A DNA stretch of 64,000 bases from a virus: the IMG/VR virus record IMGVR_UViG_3300036985_002246, positions 96,001-160,000 of that record; one strand, written 5' to 3'. Below the pieces are notes generated by a model. The model saw nothing but the letters and a program-made list of their open reading frames with translations, had not been told where the DNA came from and did not search any database. The translations under genes and the position numbers were made by a program. Shown piece after piece: positions 25,675 through 35,893 of this stretch (positions are counted from its first letter, which is position 1; every line of letters begins with the position of its first letter).

Positions 25675-25980
25675 ATGAGCCGCCTACGCGCCCAGCTATC
25701 CAGGTCCGAGATCGATCGGAAGGTGGCCACCGCCCTGTCAGGGGTGGAGCGCACGGTTCTGTCAACGCTCCAGGAGTGCCACCAGTACGCACGTTCAGTG
25801 GGGAACCCGTTGGAGGCTGCTCGAACCAAGCGTGTGGTCCGTGACCTGGAGAAGGTGCTGGGGGCGCTTTCCGGAGTGCGTCGTGTCAGTCCTGTCTACG
25901 ACGCCGACGACAAGGACCTTCAGTCGTCCGAGCCCACTCCGAAGCCGAAGCGCCCGGCCCCTCCCCCTCCCACGGCATGA
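25675..25980 (+). CDS. Hypothetical protein
   Basis: Between TerL and portal. Confidence 0.55.
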   Translation: MSRLRAQLSRSEIDRKVATALSGVERTVLSTLQECHQYARSVGNPLEAARTKRVVRDLEKVLGALSGVRRVSPVYDADDKDLQSSEPTPKPKRPAPPPPTA

Positions 25981-25991
25981 AGTGAGCTTCC

Positions 25992-27695
25992 ATGAGAACC
26001 AACAAGCAGACACAGGACGCTGACGCCAAGGAGGTCAGGAAGATCTCCAAGCGGGCGAACGTCGAGACCGGTCGGCCTCGCCGTGTCGTTCTGAGTGCCA
26101 TGCGCTCGAAGGTCGCCTTCCCCTCGACAGGCGGAACGTCGTCGGCGACGGCGGGCAACTTCTACTCCCCGGAACTCTCCACCGATTTCCTCGAACTGCC
26201 CCAGTCGGCGGACGAGAAGCGGAACTACTACCGGTTCTTCTACGCGGCGGACCCCTTCGTCGGGCAGGCCGTGGACCTTCACACGGAGCTTCCGCTCTCG
26301 AAGATCCGGCTCAGCCAGCCGAAGGCGAAGAACAAGGACATTGCCGACGCTTCCCTCGCCTTCTGTACCGCATGGGCCAAGCGGATCGGTCTGCTGCACC
26401 GAATGATTGAGATCGTCCACGACTACAACCTCCTGGGGGAGGTGTTCGTGTTCTGCGAGGACGACTCCCCGGATATGCCCGAGGACGTTGAGTACGAACT
26501 CGTCCGGGAGATCGACGAGGAGAGCGGCCACCCCGTCGAGAACAAGAAGCAGCGGGCCGACTGGGCTGAGCGAGCCTCGAAGTGGCTCCTGAAGAACTAC
26601 AAGGGCTGGTCGGCGATCCGGGTCCTGCCCCCCGAGCAGATCCACATGGAGGGCTTCCCCTTCACGGACCAGAAGCTGATCGAACTGATCCCCGACAGCA
26701 AGACGAAGGACGTGATCTCCCGCGCCGACTCGGGCGACCCACACGCTCTGCGCGTCGTTCGGTCCATGCCCAACGAGGTCGTCGAGTCGATCCGCAACGG
26801 TGGGAATATCCCACTGAACACCGACCCGGACGCAGGCTCGTTCGTCTACTACATGGCTCGCAAGAAGAGCCAGTACGAGCCGCGTGGCCACTCAATCCTG
26901 GAGCGGTGCCTCCGCATTCTCGTCTACCGCGACAAGCTCCGCCAGGCGCAGACGAGCATTGCCTCCCGCCACATGACGCCGATCCGGCTGATCTGGGCAG
27001 AGGACGCTAGCGCCGCCGACGTGGACGCGATCCGCGAGCAGGTCGAACTGGCTCTCCAGGACCCCGACTACTCGATCGTCACGAACTTCCAGTTGAACTG
27101 GGAGGAAATGGGCAGCCAGCAGCGGCTCCTCGAACTGTCCGGGGAGTACGAAATGACCGACCGGCAGTTGTACGCCGGTCTGGGGGTCACCGAGTCACTC
27201 CTCTCGGGCGAGTCAAGCTACTCGGGCGACCGGATCAACCTGGAGGTGATCAACACCAGGTATATGCTCCTGCGGGAGATCCTCCAGGACATGATTGAGG
27301 ACAACTTCCTCCGGCCAATGTGCCGTCGAATGGGCTTCGTCGAGGTGGACGAGGCGGGCAACGAGACGGTGATCGTGCCTGCCCTTTCGTTCACCAGGCT
27401 GGCCCTCCGGGACAACGCCGACACGTTCGACGCGCTCTTCAATCTGTATCAGAAGGGCTCCCTCGACGTGGACATTATCCTGGAGCTTCTGAACATTGAC
27501 CCCCACACCACGAGCGAGAAGCTCAAGCGCGATATGTTCACGGTGAACGACTCGAAGTTCAACGACGTGCTCGGGGCGATCTACTCGGAGGCCGGGCGTG
27601 TCCTCGCTGAGAACAGCGACGTGATCACGAAGATCGCCCAGAACGTCGGGCTGAAGTACGTCAAGCCAGTCGAGAAGGAAGAGGGGAGGTTCTGA
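25992..27695 (+). CDS. Portal protein
   Basis: 567 aa after TerL; FYAADPFVGQAVD; LLGEVF; RVLPPEQI; YEPRGHSILER; helical C-half. Confidence 0.8.
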   Translation: MRTNKQTQDADAKEVRKISKRANVETGRPRRVVLSAMRSKVAFPSTGGTSSATAGNFYSPELSTDFLELPQSADEKRNYYRFFYAADPFVGQAVDLHTELPLSKIRLSQPKAKNKDIADASLAFCTAWAKRIGLLHRMIEIVHDYNLLGEVFVFCEDDSPDMPEDVEYELVREIDEESGHPVENKKQRADWAERASKWLLKNYKGWSAIRVLPPEQIHMEGFPFTDQKLIELIPDSKTKDVISRADSGDPHALRVVRSMPNEVVESIRNGGNIPLNTDPDAGSFVYYMARKKSQYEPRGHSILERCLRILVYRDKLRQAQTSIASRHMTPIRLIWAEDASAADVDAIREQVELALQDPDYSIVTNFQLNWEEMGSQQRLLELSGEYEMTDRQLYAGLGVTESLLSGESSYSGDRINLEVINTRYMLLREILQDMIEDNFLRPMCRRMGFVEVDEAGNETVIVPALSFTRLALRDNADTFDALFNLYQKGSLDVDIILELLNIDPHTTSEKLKRDMFTVNDSKFNDVLGAIYSEAGRVLAENSDVITKIAQNVGLKYVKPVEKEEGRF

Positions 27696-27995
27696 ATGAA
27701 GCTCAAGATCACCCGCCCGGACGGGACAGTCCTCGAAGCTGAGGGCACCGTCGAGGAGTGCGAGCGCCTTGCGGGTGCGGGGCACCCGCTCCCGGTCCAG
27801 TACCCAATCTACGTCCATCTCCCCTACCAGCCGGTGACCGTCCCCGTCTACCCGACGTACCCGGTCCAGCCGTACCCGTACCCGTACTACGTCGGGGACC
27901 CGATCGGTGTGACACCGACATGGGGAGTGCTCCAAGGGGCGACGGTTGACGGGGTCACCTTCACGTACACAGAGCCTGCCCCGCTTCGGGCGTGA
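27696..27995 (+). CDS. Hypothetical Pro/Tyr-rich protein
   Basis: Abuts the portal stop. Confidence 0.5.
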   Translation: MKLKITRPDGTVLEAEGTVEECERLAGAGHPLPVQYPIYVHLPYQPVTVPVYPTYPVQPYPYPYYVGDPIGVTPTWGVLQGATVDGVTFTYTEPAPLRA

Positions 27996-28047
27996 CACGG
28001 GGCGTCGCGGTTCGCTTTCTATGGCGTGCCCAGGCTAGGAAGCTCCC

Positions 28048-28497
28048 GTGACACCTCGCAGGTCAGTTCTCGCGTCGGACCTACTTCCGATCATGCACCC
28101 CCTCTACAACCTGAGGGAGATCTGCAAGCAATCCGCTCTGCTGGAGGACCACCTCAACAACGAGCGGAAGCGGTGCGAGGACTGCATTCGGAAGCACTTC
28201 CTGACGATCGAGGCCCTCTACGAGGAGGCCCTCTCGCTCGATAACAAGCAGAAGTGGTCCAACCAGATCGTGGGCAAGGCTGACCTCGTTCGGTCGCTCC
28301 AGGAGCGGTGGATTGACGAGGGTGATCCCCTGGAGATCGCGCAGGAACTGCGTGAGATCCGCAAGGAGTTCGCCCCGCTCTGCTTCGACCTTCGCGGAAT
28401 GACCGAGGAGTCACGGCTCGCCTCAGGCAGGGTCTCTCTTGCCAGGCACGTCGCGGACGTACACCTCGCACGTCGTCCGAGGCACACGGGGTCCTGA
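28048..28497 (+). CDS. Hypothetical protein
   Basis: CEDCIRKH; typical codon usage. Confidence 0.6.
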   Translation: MTPRRSVLASDLLPIMHPLYNLREICKQSALLEDHLNNERKRCEDCIRKHFLTIEALYEEALSLDNKQKWSNQIVGKADLVRSLQERWIDEGDPLEIAQELREIRKEFAPLCFDLRGMTEESRLASGRVSLARHVADVHLARRPRHTGS

Positions 28498-28498
28498 C

Positions 28499-31400
28499 GT
28501 GAGTCCGATCAAGCTGCACGTCTTCGATTTCGACGGCACCCTGTTCCGCAGCCCGGAGAAGCCGGTCTGGTGGAAGGGCGGCTGGTGGGGGAACCTGGAC
28601 TCCCTCTCGGACCCGTGCGTGCCGGAGCGCCCGCCCCCTGAGTGGTGGAACGAGTCTGTCGTCTCGGCGGCCAAGCAGGCGATCAGCAACCCAGACGTGC
28701 TGGCGGTCCTGCTCACGGGCAGGGTCTCGAAGTTCTCCCTCCGCCTCAAGGACCTCCTGAACCAGGCCGGTCTGCACTTCGACTCCGTTCAGTTGAACGG
28801 TGGCGGACCGACGGAAGCCTTCAAAATGAAGGCGATCAAGGCGATCCTCGAAGAGCACCCAGGGATCCGTGGGGTCGCGATCTGGGAGGACCGGGAGAAC
28901 CACCTCCGAATGCTCGCAGACTGGATCGAGTCCAACGGGCGGGCCTGCACACCGCACCTGGTCACCGTCTCTGCCCATGCGGCAGAGTGCCGCCCCCCGG
29001 AGGACGAGCCTTCAGCCACGAAGGTGGCTGCCAAGTACAAGTCCAAGAAGAAGGACGACGAGGGGAACGTCCACTACGAGTACAGCGAGCGCCAGGTCGC
29101 TAACCGCCACAATCAGAAGGCTGAGCGGGTCGAGAACCTCCGTGGGGACATTTCCAATCTCCGCGAGAAGGTCACCAACGACCTGTCGGCGAAGGACCCC
29201 AAGAAGTACCTCCCTGCGCTCGCGGTTGCCCTGATCGACGAGACGTATGAGCGGGTTGGGAACGCTGAGAGCGCCGCCGACGGTCACTACGGGGTGACCG
29301 GCTGGTTGGTGAAGCACCTGTCCTTCGAGGACGGGGAGGCGGTCTTCCGGTACGTCGGGAAGTCCGGGGTCAAGCACGAGAAGGTCGTGTCAAAGGCCCC
29401 GGTCGTGAAGCTCCTCAAGAAGCTCGTCAAGGGCAAGGGGAAGGGCGACCAGGTACTCGAACTGGACGACTTCTCGGTCAAGTCAGAGGACGTGAACGCC
29501 TACCTGAAGGACTTCAAGATCACCGCGAAGGACATTCGCGGGTACGGGGCGAACCAGGAAATGTGCAAGGCGTTGCGGGAGGTCCGCCGGGAGGGTCCAG
29601 ACCTCCCACGCGCCCGGAAGGAACGCGACAAGATCCTCAAGGAGGAGTTCAAGGACGCGCTGGAGGAGGTCGCGGAGATCGTGGGCCATGAGCCTGCCAC
29701 CCTTCGGTCGGACTACCTCGTGCCGGGCCTCGAAGACTCGTTCATGAAGGACGGGACGATCCTCGCCACGTTCAAGTCGTCCAAGGCGGCCACGAAGACC
29801 ACCTCCGAGAAGGAGGACGAGGCCGTGGACGCCCTGATCAAGCCGAGCCCCAAGCTGAAGCCGCCCCGCGACGACCTCAAGAAGCGCCGGATCGACCTGG
29901 GTGACGACGACCTGGACAGCGGGGACGACGACCTCTCGCTCAACTTCAAGGACGGGGCGGCTCGGGTCGCAATGGCCCTCCGGGTCGCTCAGGCGTTCCT
30001 GAAGGTCGCGATCGTCTTCTCCACCGAGGAAGCCAAGAAGAAGTACCTCGAAGAGCACCCTGACGCGGACGCCGACAGCCACACCGTGGAGGAGTCCGAG
30101 AAAGGCTCCCCAGCAGAGGGTGAGGGGAAGCCCAAGGAGAAGTCCAAGAAGGACGACTCGGCGGAGGCGAGGGATCTCGCGTCGGAGGAACTGGACGAGA
30201 AGGCCAAGAGCCTGGTGTCAGCCCCTTCGCTTGACAGGGGCACCGCTGCCCACGTTGACGGGGTGCTGAACTCGCTGCTCAGGTCAATGCCGGAGGGTCA
30301 CGCCAAGGAGTTCCTCGACGGGATCACCAAGGCGCGGGACTCCGACCGGGACGCCCTGGCGGCTGGCAGGCCGCCGAAGCGGACGCCCCCCGACAAGGCG
30401 AAGATTGACGACAGCAAGAAGAAGCTCGACGACCTGAACTCCAAGGTCAGTGGGCTCCAGAGGGAACTGGATTCCGGCAAGGGGAACGCCGCCGAGATCC
30501 AGGCTCACGTCAAAAAGCTCACTGAACTCCGGGACAAGGTTGGGGTGGAGCTTCAGGAGGACTTCAAGTCCTACTACGCGCACGAGGCGCTGAAGTCAGC
30601 AGCGCGGAACCCGCTGACCTTCATTGACTCCGACCCCAAGCCGCTCGGGAAGGGCGGGGCGAAGGACCGTGTCAAGGCCAGCCTGGAGCGGTTCAAGGGC
30701 ATGACGGCGGAGGACCGGGCAGCGACTGGGGCCGCCTTCAAGAAGACCGTGACCGAGGCCCAGAAGGAGCGCGCCAGCCTGGAGGAGAAGCTCTCCTCAG
30801 GGGACTCCTCTGACCCCAATCGTGCAGAGGACCAGAAGAAGCTGGAGTCGCTCAAGAGCCAGATCGAGCACCTCGACGCCGATTGGCGGTCCCTGGAGAT
30901 CTCCGCGCTCGTCAGCGGCGACAAGAACGCGGCCTCCCGGATTGGGAAGGGCACCCAGGCGCTCGTGAAGGCTCTTCACGAGAGCGGCCAGGACGTGGAG
31001 GACATTGTCGATTCCGGTATCGGGCTCCTAGGGTCTGACCCTGACCCGAAGGCGCTGGAAGACATGATGATGCGCCTCAAGCCCGAGCACATGGAGTCTG
31101 CCCTGCGGGAGATTGATCCCAAAATGGCGGACACCTGGAAGAAGCTCGTCGAGTCCGGGGAGCGCGGGAAGATTGAGAACGCCCAGTCGATCTTCGCGGC
31201 CCTGCTCACCGACGTGGCCCTCGAAGACGCTGACCCGGACCTGGCCGGTCGTGCCGTAGGGGAGCAGACCAAGAGCAAGACCAAGAGTGAGCCGAGCGAC
31301 CTCTCGGGTCCGGAGGACGAGGAGGAGGAGACGCCCCCCTATGAGTCCCCGCTCCAGGACGCGGTTGGGGATTTGGTCAAGCTCGACATTCCCGTCCCAG

Positions 31401-31555
31401 GCGAGGGTTCAAGCAAGGAACCGGCTCCAGAGGTGCCCCGCAGCCAGCAGAAGCAGGACTCCGTGGAGCGCGTCGCTGCTAGATTTACGTCGTCCCTGTT
31501 CCCAATCCGGGCGACTGGCTCGTTTAGTTCCTTATCCCATGACCCTTTAGGGTAG
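28499..31555 (+). CDS. Fusion: HAD phosphatase (Swiss-Army-Knife RNA-repair type) + DNA topoisomerase IB + charged C-terminal domain
   Basis: HVFDFDGTLFRSP, LLTGR, AFK, WEDR; TopIB residues ERVGN, YVGKSG, KDIR, GHEP, RSDY. Confidence 0.85.
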   Translation: MSPIKLHVFDFDGTLFRSPEKPVWWKGGWWGNLDSLSDPCVPERPPPEWWNESVVSAAKQAISNPDVLAVLLTGRVSKFSLRLKDLLNQAGLHFDSVQLNGGGPTEAFKMKAIKAILEEHPGIRGVAIWEDRENHLRMLADWIESNGRACTPHLVTVSAHAAECRPPEDEPSATKVAAKYKSKKKDDEGNVHYEYSERQVANRHNQKAERVENLRGDISNLREKVTNDLSAKDPKKYLPALAVALIDETYERVGNAESAADGHYGVTGWLVKHLSFEDGEAVFRYVGKSGVKHEKVVSKAPVVKLLKKLVKGKGKGDQVLELDDFSVKSEDVNAYLKDFKITAKDIRGYGANQEMCKALREVRREGPDLPRARKERDKILKEEFKDALEEVAEIVGHEPATLRSDYLVPGLEDSFMKDGTILATFKSSKAATKTTSEKEDEAVDALIKPSPKLKPPRDDLKKRRIDLGDDDLDSGDDDLSLNFKDGAARVAMALRVAQAFLKVAIVFSTEEAKKKYLEEHPDADADSHTVEESEKGSPAEGEGKPKEKSKKDDSAEARDLASEELDEKAKSLVSAPSLDRGTAAHVDGVLNSLLRSMPEGHAKEFLDGITKARDSDRDALAAGRPPKRTPPDKAKIDDSKKKLDDLNSKVSGLQRELDSGKGNAAEIQAHVKKLTELRDKVGVELQEDFKSYYAHEALKSAARNPLTFIDSDPKPLGKGGAKDRVKASLERFKGMTAEDRAATGAAFKKTVTEAQKERASLEEKLSSGDSSDPNRAEDQKKLESLKSQIEHLDADWRSLEISALVSGDKNAASRIGKGTQALVKALHESGQDVEDIVDSGIGLLGSDPDPKALEDMMMRLKPEHMESALREIDPKMADTWKKLVESGERGKIENAQSIFAALLTDVALEDADPDLAGRAVGEQTKSKTKSEPSDLSGPEDEEEETPPYESPLQDAVGDLVKLDIPVPGEGSSKEPAPEVPRSQQKQDSVERVAARFTSSLFPIRATGSFSSLSHDPLG

Positions 31556-31652
31556 GGTGCGCCGCATCCTTTCAAACCTGGTTCTGACAGACTCGGGACC
31601 GAGACAACGGATGCGTCGATCCCACCCCACGACGACACACAGGAGAGACTCC

Positions 31653-32228
31653 ATGACCGTTCGTAAGATGGCTACTGCACAGGGTGCGCGTCGGGTGACT
31701 TCGGGTCTCGACCGCTTCGCCTCGCTCTTCCAGGGCAACCACGAGTCCCTGGGCATTCCGAAGAAGGTCGCCATGGACTTCGCACTTCGGTGCGACATGC
31801 TCTCGGACGCGATCGACCGCCGGTTCAACACCAAGAACGCGGGCTACGTCGATCCCTCGACGATCGGCAAGGAAGTCCCCGGCCCCCTCGTCATGGACTC
31901 GAACAACCCGTTCATGTCGGGTGAGTTCACGCAGGAGAAGTTCTACGCGCTCGCCCAGAAGCAAATGAGCGGCGAACTCGCGGCGAACGCAGCGGCTCAC
32001 GTCGCCGACCCGAAGCTCGCGGCGCTGATCGCCAAGCAGGCCGCGAAGCTCGCCTTCGCCGTCCTCAAGCAGGCGAAGGCTGCCGAGGACGAGAAGGAGT
32101 CCGAGGACGTGGCCGAGGAGCCCGCCAAGGAAGCCGCCAAGAAGTCGGAGGGCGAGGAGCCCGACGGCGACGAGGGCGAGGACGCCGAGAAGACGGCCTC
32201 GATCTTCGGTCTCTTCGAGACGAAGTAA
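31653..32228 (+). CDS. Hypothetical head/scaffold-related protein with acidic C-tail
   Basis: AGGAG RBS; shares acidic repeats with the scaffold. Confidence 0.65.
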   Translation: MTVRKMATAQGARRVTSGLDRFASLFQGNHESLGIPKKVAMDFALRCDMLSDAIDRRFNTKNAGYVDPSTIGKEVPGPLVMDSNNPFMSGEFTQEKFYALAQKQMSGELAANAAAHVADPKLAALIAKQAAKLAFAVLKQAKAAEDEKESEDVAEEPAKEAAKKSEGEEPDGDEGEDAEKTASIFGLFETK

Positions 32229-32237
32229 GGTCACCCC

Positions 32238-32822
32238 TTGTCCTCCCGCAGGGGCAACTACGCTGACTTCCAGGCACGGGCCTCCGCCTTTTCGGTGGGG
32301 GACCGTGTGTTCACTATGGTCGGGGCAAACCCGGCCATTGGTGGGACTGTGGTCGCCGTATGGCCCGCGATTGGGATGATCGATGTTCAGTTCCCGCACG
32401 GGGCCTCCAGGTACCCGGTCGAGGACATGGTGATCGACAACTCCGACACCTTCGAGAACTTCGGTGACTTCGCGGCGGACGGGATCCCCGGAGGTACGCC
32501 CACGGTCTCGGTGCCCGGAGGCCCAACCCCGCTCCTGAAGGACCAGCGGGAGGAGATCACCGAGGAGGCACTCACGCGAGTGGCCAGCCGGGTGATCGAA
32601 GCCCACGTCAAGAAGGCGCTCTACTGGGACGCCCCTGACCGCAAGTACCGAATGAACCGGGGCGAGCTTGAGGCAGGCGTTCCGACCTGCCCGAGGTGTT
32701 CCGGAGTGGGCCTCCGCAAGGTGGTTTACAAGCGTGAAGACGGGCGGAACGAGAAGCTCCACTGCTGCCCTGACTGCCTCTTCCTGATCCGCCGGTCCGA
32801 CATTATCGGAATGGAGGACTGA
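32238..32822 (+). CDS. Hypothetical protein with C-terminal Zn ribbon
   Basis: CPRC...CPDC; KKA|LYW. Confidence 0.65.
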   Translation: MSSRRGNYADFQARASAFSVGDRVFTMVGANPAIGGTVVAVWPAIGMIDVQFPHGASRYPVEDMVIDNSDTFENFGDFAADGIPGGTPTVSVPGGPTPLLKDQREEITEEALTRVASRVIEAHVKKALYWDAPDRKYRMNRGELEAGVPTCPRCSGVGLRKVVYKREDGRNEKLHCCPDCLFLIRRSDIIGMED

Positions 32823-32825
32823 ACC

Positions 32826-34295
32826 ATGCCGTTCCTCCGGTACGCCAATGCGCGGGTGACGCACCCCCATGTCCGGGACTCGCTCTGGGACAACGTGAGG
32901 GTCGCGTCGGGGAACGTCCGTTCCGACCGGAACCTGGTGGACCAGGCGTCGAAGATCCTCAAGGCGGAGTTCGACCCCAAGCAGTTCCTGCTGACCCACG
33001 CCACGATCGTCGCGTCGGTCGATACGATCGTCGTTCCGAACGTCAAGGTCGGGCGGACCACCGAGAACGGCAAGCAGATCGTCCGCAAGACGGCCAGCTT
33101 CCGGATCAAGGCTGACTGCGACAAGTACATCAACAACAACCTCGACTCCTGGGCGAGGCCCGTCCTCCTCAAGAGCTACCCGACGTTCATTGGCGGCCAC
33201 TCGTTCGTCGAGCACGTCCAGGTCGAGGACCTCTCGAAGGGCCGGATCATTGACGCCGTGGCCCGCGACGTTGGTGACAGCGTCTACGTTGACATTCTCG
33301 TCGCCAACGACCGCAAGCACGCGAGCCTGATCAAGGAGATCGAGTCCGGGGAGCTTTCGACGCTCTCCATGGGCTGCTCGATTGACGGCTCGACCTGCAC
33401 GAAGTGCGGCCACTGGGCGGCTGACGAGACCGAGTTCTGCGACCACGTCCGGTACGAGAAGGGCAACACCTTCTACGGTGAGGACGGCCAGAAGTACCGG
33501 GTCGCCGAGTTGTGCGGTGACGAGAGCCTGGACCCGAACGGCGGGGTCATGTTCATTGAGGCGTCCTGGGTCAAGGTGCCTGCCTTCACGGGTGCGGTCG
33601 CCCGGAACGTGATCACCGTGGACACCGGCTCCGACTCGAAGAAGACCGCTCAGAAAATGAAGCGCGTCTTCGAGTCGCCCGCACGGCAGGCCGACCCGAC
33701 CGCCATGAAGAAGGCAGCCTCCGACCTGACCGCCGACGATATGTTCGACGGGGAGCCGTCGGAGGAGGGGGCACCTGAAGAGGCAGCCCCGCCGCCGCCC
33801 CCAGCGCCCCCTCCCTCCCCTCTCCACGGGATCCAGGACGAACTCAAGAAGTTCATTCTGGACAACGTGCAGGAGCAACTGAAGACCGAGCTTCGGAAGA
33901 CGAAGATCGACGACCAGACGCTCCCCCCCACGGACGCCCCGAACGACACCATAGTCAAGCAGGCAGCGGCCAATCGCCTTGCGGGCATGAAGAAAGCCTA
34001 CACCGCGTCCCTCCGGGAGATCGTCGCGACCTCCCTGACGGACGTGGACCTGCTGGACCGGGTTGCGACTCTCAATCGAGAGATTGGAATTTCGGTTCCC
34101 GTTTCCCTCTATAGGGCAATGCTAAAGGTTGGAGCCCGAAGTTCGTATTCGGGGGTCAATCCTTTTCTGAGGGCAGCCTCTAAGGCTCTAGGACATCAAC
34201 CTACCCCCAATGAGGCGCGGACAATGATTCGTCTCGCGTCCTTGTTGGAGGCACACCGGTACTCTCGGCGTCACGCCGACACGAAGCGATCCTGA
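32826..34295 (+). CDS. Prohead (maturation) protease
   Basis: FVEH; LSMGC; CTKC...CDH insert; FIEASWVKVPA; located before scaffold and capsid. Confidence 0.75.
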   Translation: MPFLRYANARVTHPHVRDSLWDNVRVASGNVRSDRNLVDQASKILKAEFDPKQFLLTHATIVASVDTIVVPNVKVGRTTENGKQIVRKTASFRIKADCDKYINNNLDSWARPVLLKSYPTFIGGHSFVEHVQVEDLSKGRIIDAVARDVGDSVYVDILVANDRKHASLIKEIESGELSTLSMGCSIDGSTCTKCGHWAADETEFCDHVRYEKGNTFYGEDGQKYRVAELCGDESLDPNGGVMFIEASWVKVPAFTGAVARNVITVDTGSDSKKTAQKMKRVFESPARQADPTAMKKAASDLTADDMFDGEPSEEGAPEEAAPPPPPAPPPSPLHGIQDELKKFILDNVQEQLKTELRKTKIDDQTLPPTDAPNDTIVKQAAANRLAGMKKAYTASLREIVATSLTDVDLLDRVATLNREIGISVPVSLYRAMLKVGARSSYSGVNPFLRAASKALGHQPTPNEARTMIRLASLLEAHRYSRRHADTKRS

Positions 34296-34305
34296 AGGAG
34301 ACAAC

Positions 34306-35811
34306 ATGACGACCCGACGCCGCCTGACCCAGTCCGCTGACCGCAAGGCTTCCGCACCCCCGGCAACCCCCGGCTACCAGGAGGGGACCAATCACCCTGC
34401 CTACACGCAGCCGGACCCCGACGCGAACCAGTACGAGAACGGTGACACGTCCTCGTGGGCGGAGGACCCGCACCCCGGCCCGTACCCGAACACCCCGCCC
34501 CCGGCGACCCCCGGCACGAACGCGCCCCAGGGCCACCCGGCGACGGACCCGAAGCACTACTTCCCCGCCGGAGTCGGCAAGGAGGCGTCGCGCAATCTCC
34601 GTGCAGCCATGGAGCACAAGGCGGCGAAGTGCATTCGGATCGCGCAGGCCATGTTCGGGCGCAAGGCGTCGGTCCAGGCGATCGAGGACCAGGCTCTCGA
34701 CCTCATGAACCTCTCGGACCGTCAGATCCAGGCCATGCTTTCGCGGATCGCGGACCAGGCGAAGGAAGGCCCCGAGGCCAACTACACCCTCACGCCGCCC
34801 CGCACGGGTGACGACCTGCTCGCCGACGACCTGCTCGTGGACGACGAGGACGTGATCGTCCCCGCCGCCGCCAAGGCCGCCAAGAAGTCCGAGGACGAGG
34901 CGGAGAAGGAAGTCGAAGAGGGCGTCAAGCCGGAGGACGAGGCCGAGGCAGCCGCCAAGAAGGCCGCTCACTTCAGCCGCCTCGCCGCCTTCTGGTCGAA
35001 GGCCGCCAAGAAGGCTGCCGAGGACGAGAAGGAGTCCGAGGACGAGGAGCCCGTCAAGGAGGAGCCCAAGAAGGAGGCTCGCAAGTCCGTCAAGGCGGAC
35101 CAGAACGACCCGGCCACCTACATGGCTGAGGACGACGAGGAGCTTCTCGTCGAAATGATGGCCGAGGAGGCTCTCAAGCAGGCCAAGGCTGCTCGTCTCG
35201 CGAAGCAGAAGCTGATCGCCGCCAAGAAGTCCGAGGACGAGGACAGCGACGAGGACAGCGACGAGGAGAGCGACGAGGCCCTGCTCGAAGAGATGGAGAA
35301 GGAAGCCGCCAAGCAGTCCGAGGACGAGAAGGCGTCTGCCAAGAAGTCCGAGGGCGAGCCCGACGGCGACGAGCCCAAGGCGGAGGACGAGGGAGCCAAG
35401 AAGGAGGCTTCCGACGACCTCACGATCGCCGATATGCTCGCCGACATGAACGAGCCGCTGGCGGACGAGGACTTCATGGACGACCCCATGTCGCTCATGG
35501 ACGAGTCGGACGACATGGGCATGGGCGACGTGGAAATGGGCCTCCTCTACGGTGGCCGCTTCGCCAAGAAGTCCGAGGACGAGAAGGAGCCTGAGGCGAA
35601 GGAGTCGGAGGAGAAGGAGCCCGAGGCGAAGTCCGCCGCTGCTCGCACTGCCGCCGCCAAGCGCACCGCTGCTCTCAAGCCCCAGCCCCGCCTCGCCTCG
35701 ACCGGCGTGAAGACGCTCGGTGCGGTCAGCAAGACGGCTGGTACGTCGGAGATCTCGGACCTCTCGAAGCTGTGGGAGTCCGCTCCCGACGTGTCGAAGA
35801 TCTTCGGCTGA
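34306..35811 (+). CDS. Acidic low-complexity scaffolding protein
   Basis: Repeated AKKSEDE units; between protease and capsid genes. Confidence 0.65.
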   Translation: MTTRRRLTQSADRKASAPPATPGYQEGTNHPAYTQPDPDANQYENGDTSSWAEDPHPGPYPNTPPPATPGTNAPQGHPATDPKHYFPAGVGKEASRNLRAAMEHKAAKCIRIAQAMFGRKASVQAIEDQALDLMNLSDRQIQAMLSRIADQAKEGPEANYTLTPPRTGDDLLADDLLVDDEDVIVPAAAKAAKKSEDEAEKEVEEGVKPEDEAEAAAKKAAHFSRLAAFWSKAAKKAAEDEKESEDEEPVKEEPKKEARKSVKADQNDPATYMAEDDEELLVEMMAEEALKQAKAARLAKQKLIAAKKSEDEDSDEDSDEESDEALLEEMEKEAAKQSEDEKASAKKSEGEPDGDEPKAEDEGAKKEASDDLTIADMLADMNEPLADEDFMDDPMSLMDESDDMGMGDVEMGLLYGGRFAKKSEDEKEPEAKESEEKEPEAKSAAARTAAAKRTAALKPQPRLASTGVKTLGAVSKTAGTSEISDLSKLWESAPDVSKIFG

Positions 35812-35854
35812 TCGCCTGACCGTCGGCTGAGAGGCCCAATCGAGGGCCAAGTAG

Positions 35855-35893
35855 AGGGGCTGAGTGGATTTTCCACTCAGCCCCTTCGCTTTT
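35855..35893 (+). terminator. Intrinsic terminator-like hairpin
   Basis: Perfect 14-bp inverted repeat aggggctgagtgga-ttt-tccactcagcccct, then tcgctttt. Confidence 0.7.

Noticed and set aside
34860-35640. Repeated aagaagtccgaggacgag units as a CRISPR array or iteron
   Set aside because: Irregular spacing, in frame within the scaffold CDS (AKKSEDE), no unique spacers or cas genes.
31572-35850. Long antisense ORFs (31572-33878, 34201-35850; also 9571-10830, 13185-14813, 19978-21192, 39173-40006)
   Set aside because: Shadows of GC3-biased + strand genes; Leu/Val/Gly/Arg-rich with no motifs or RBS.
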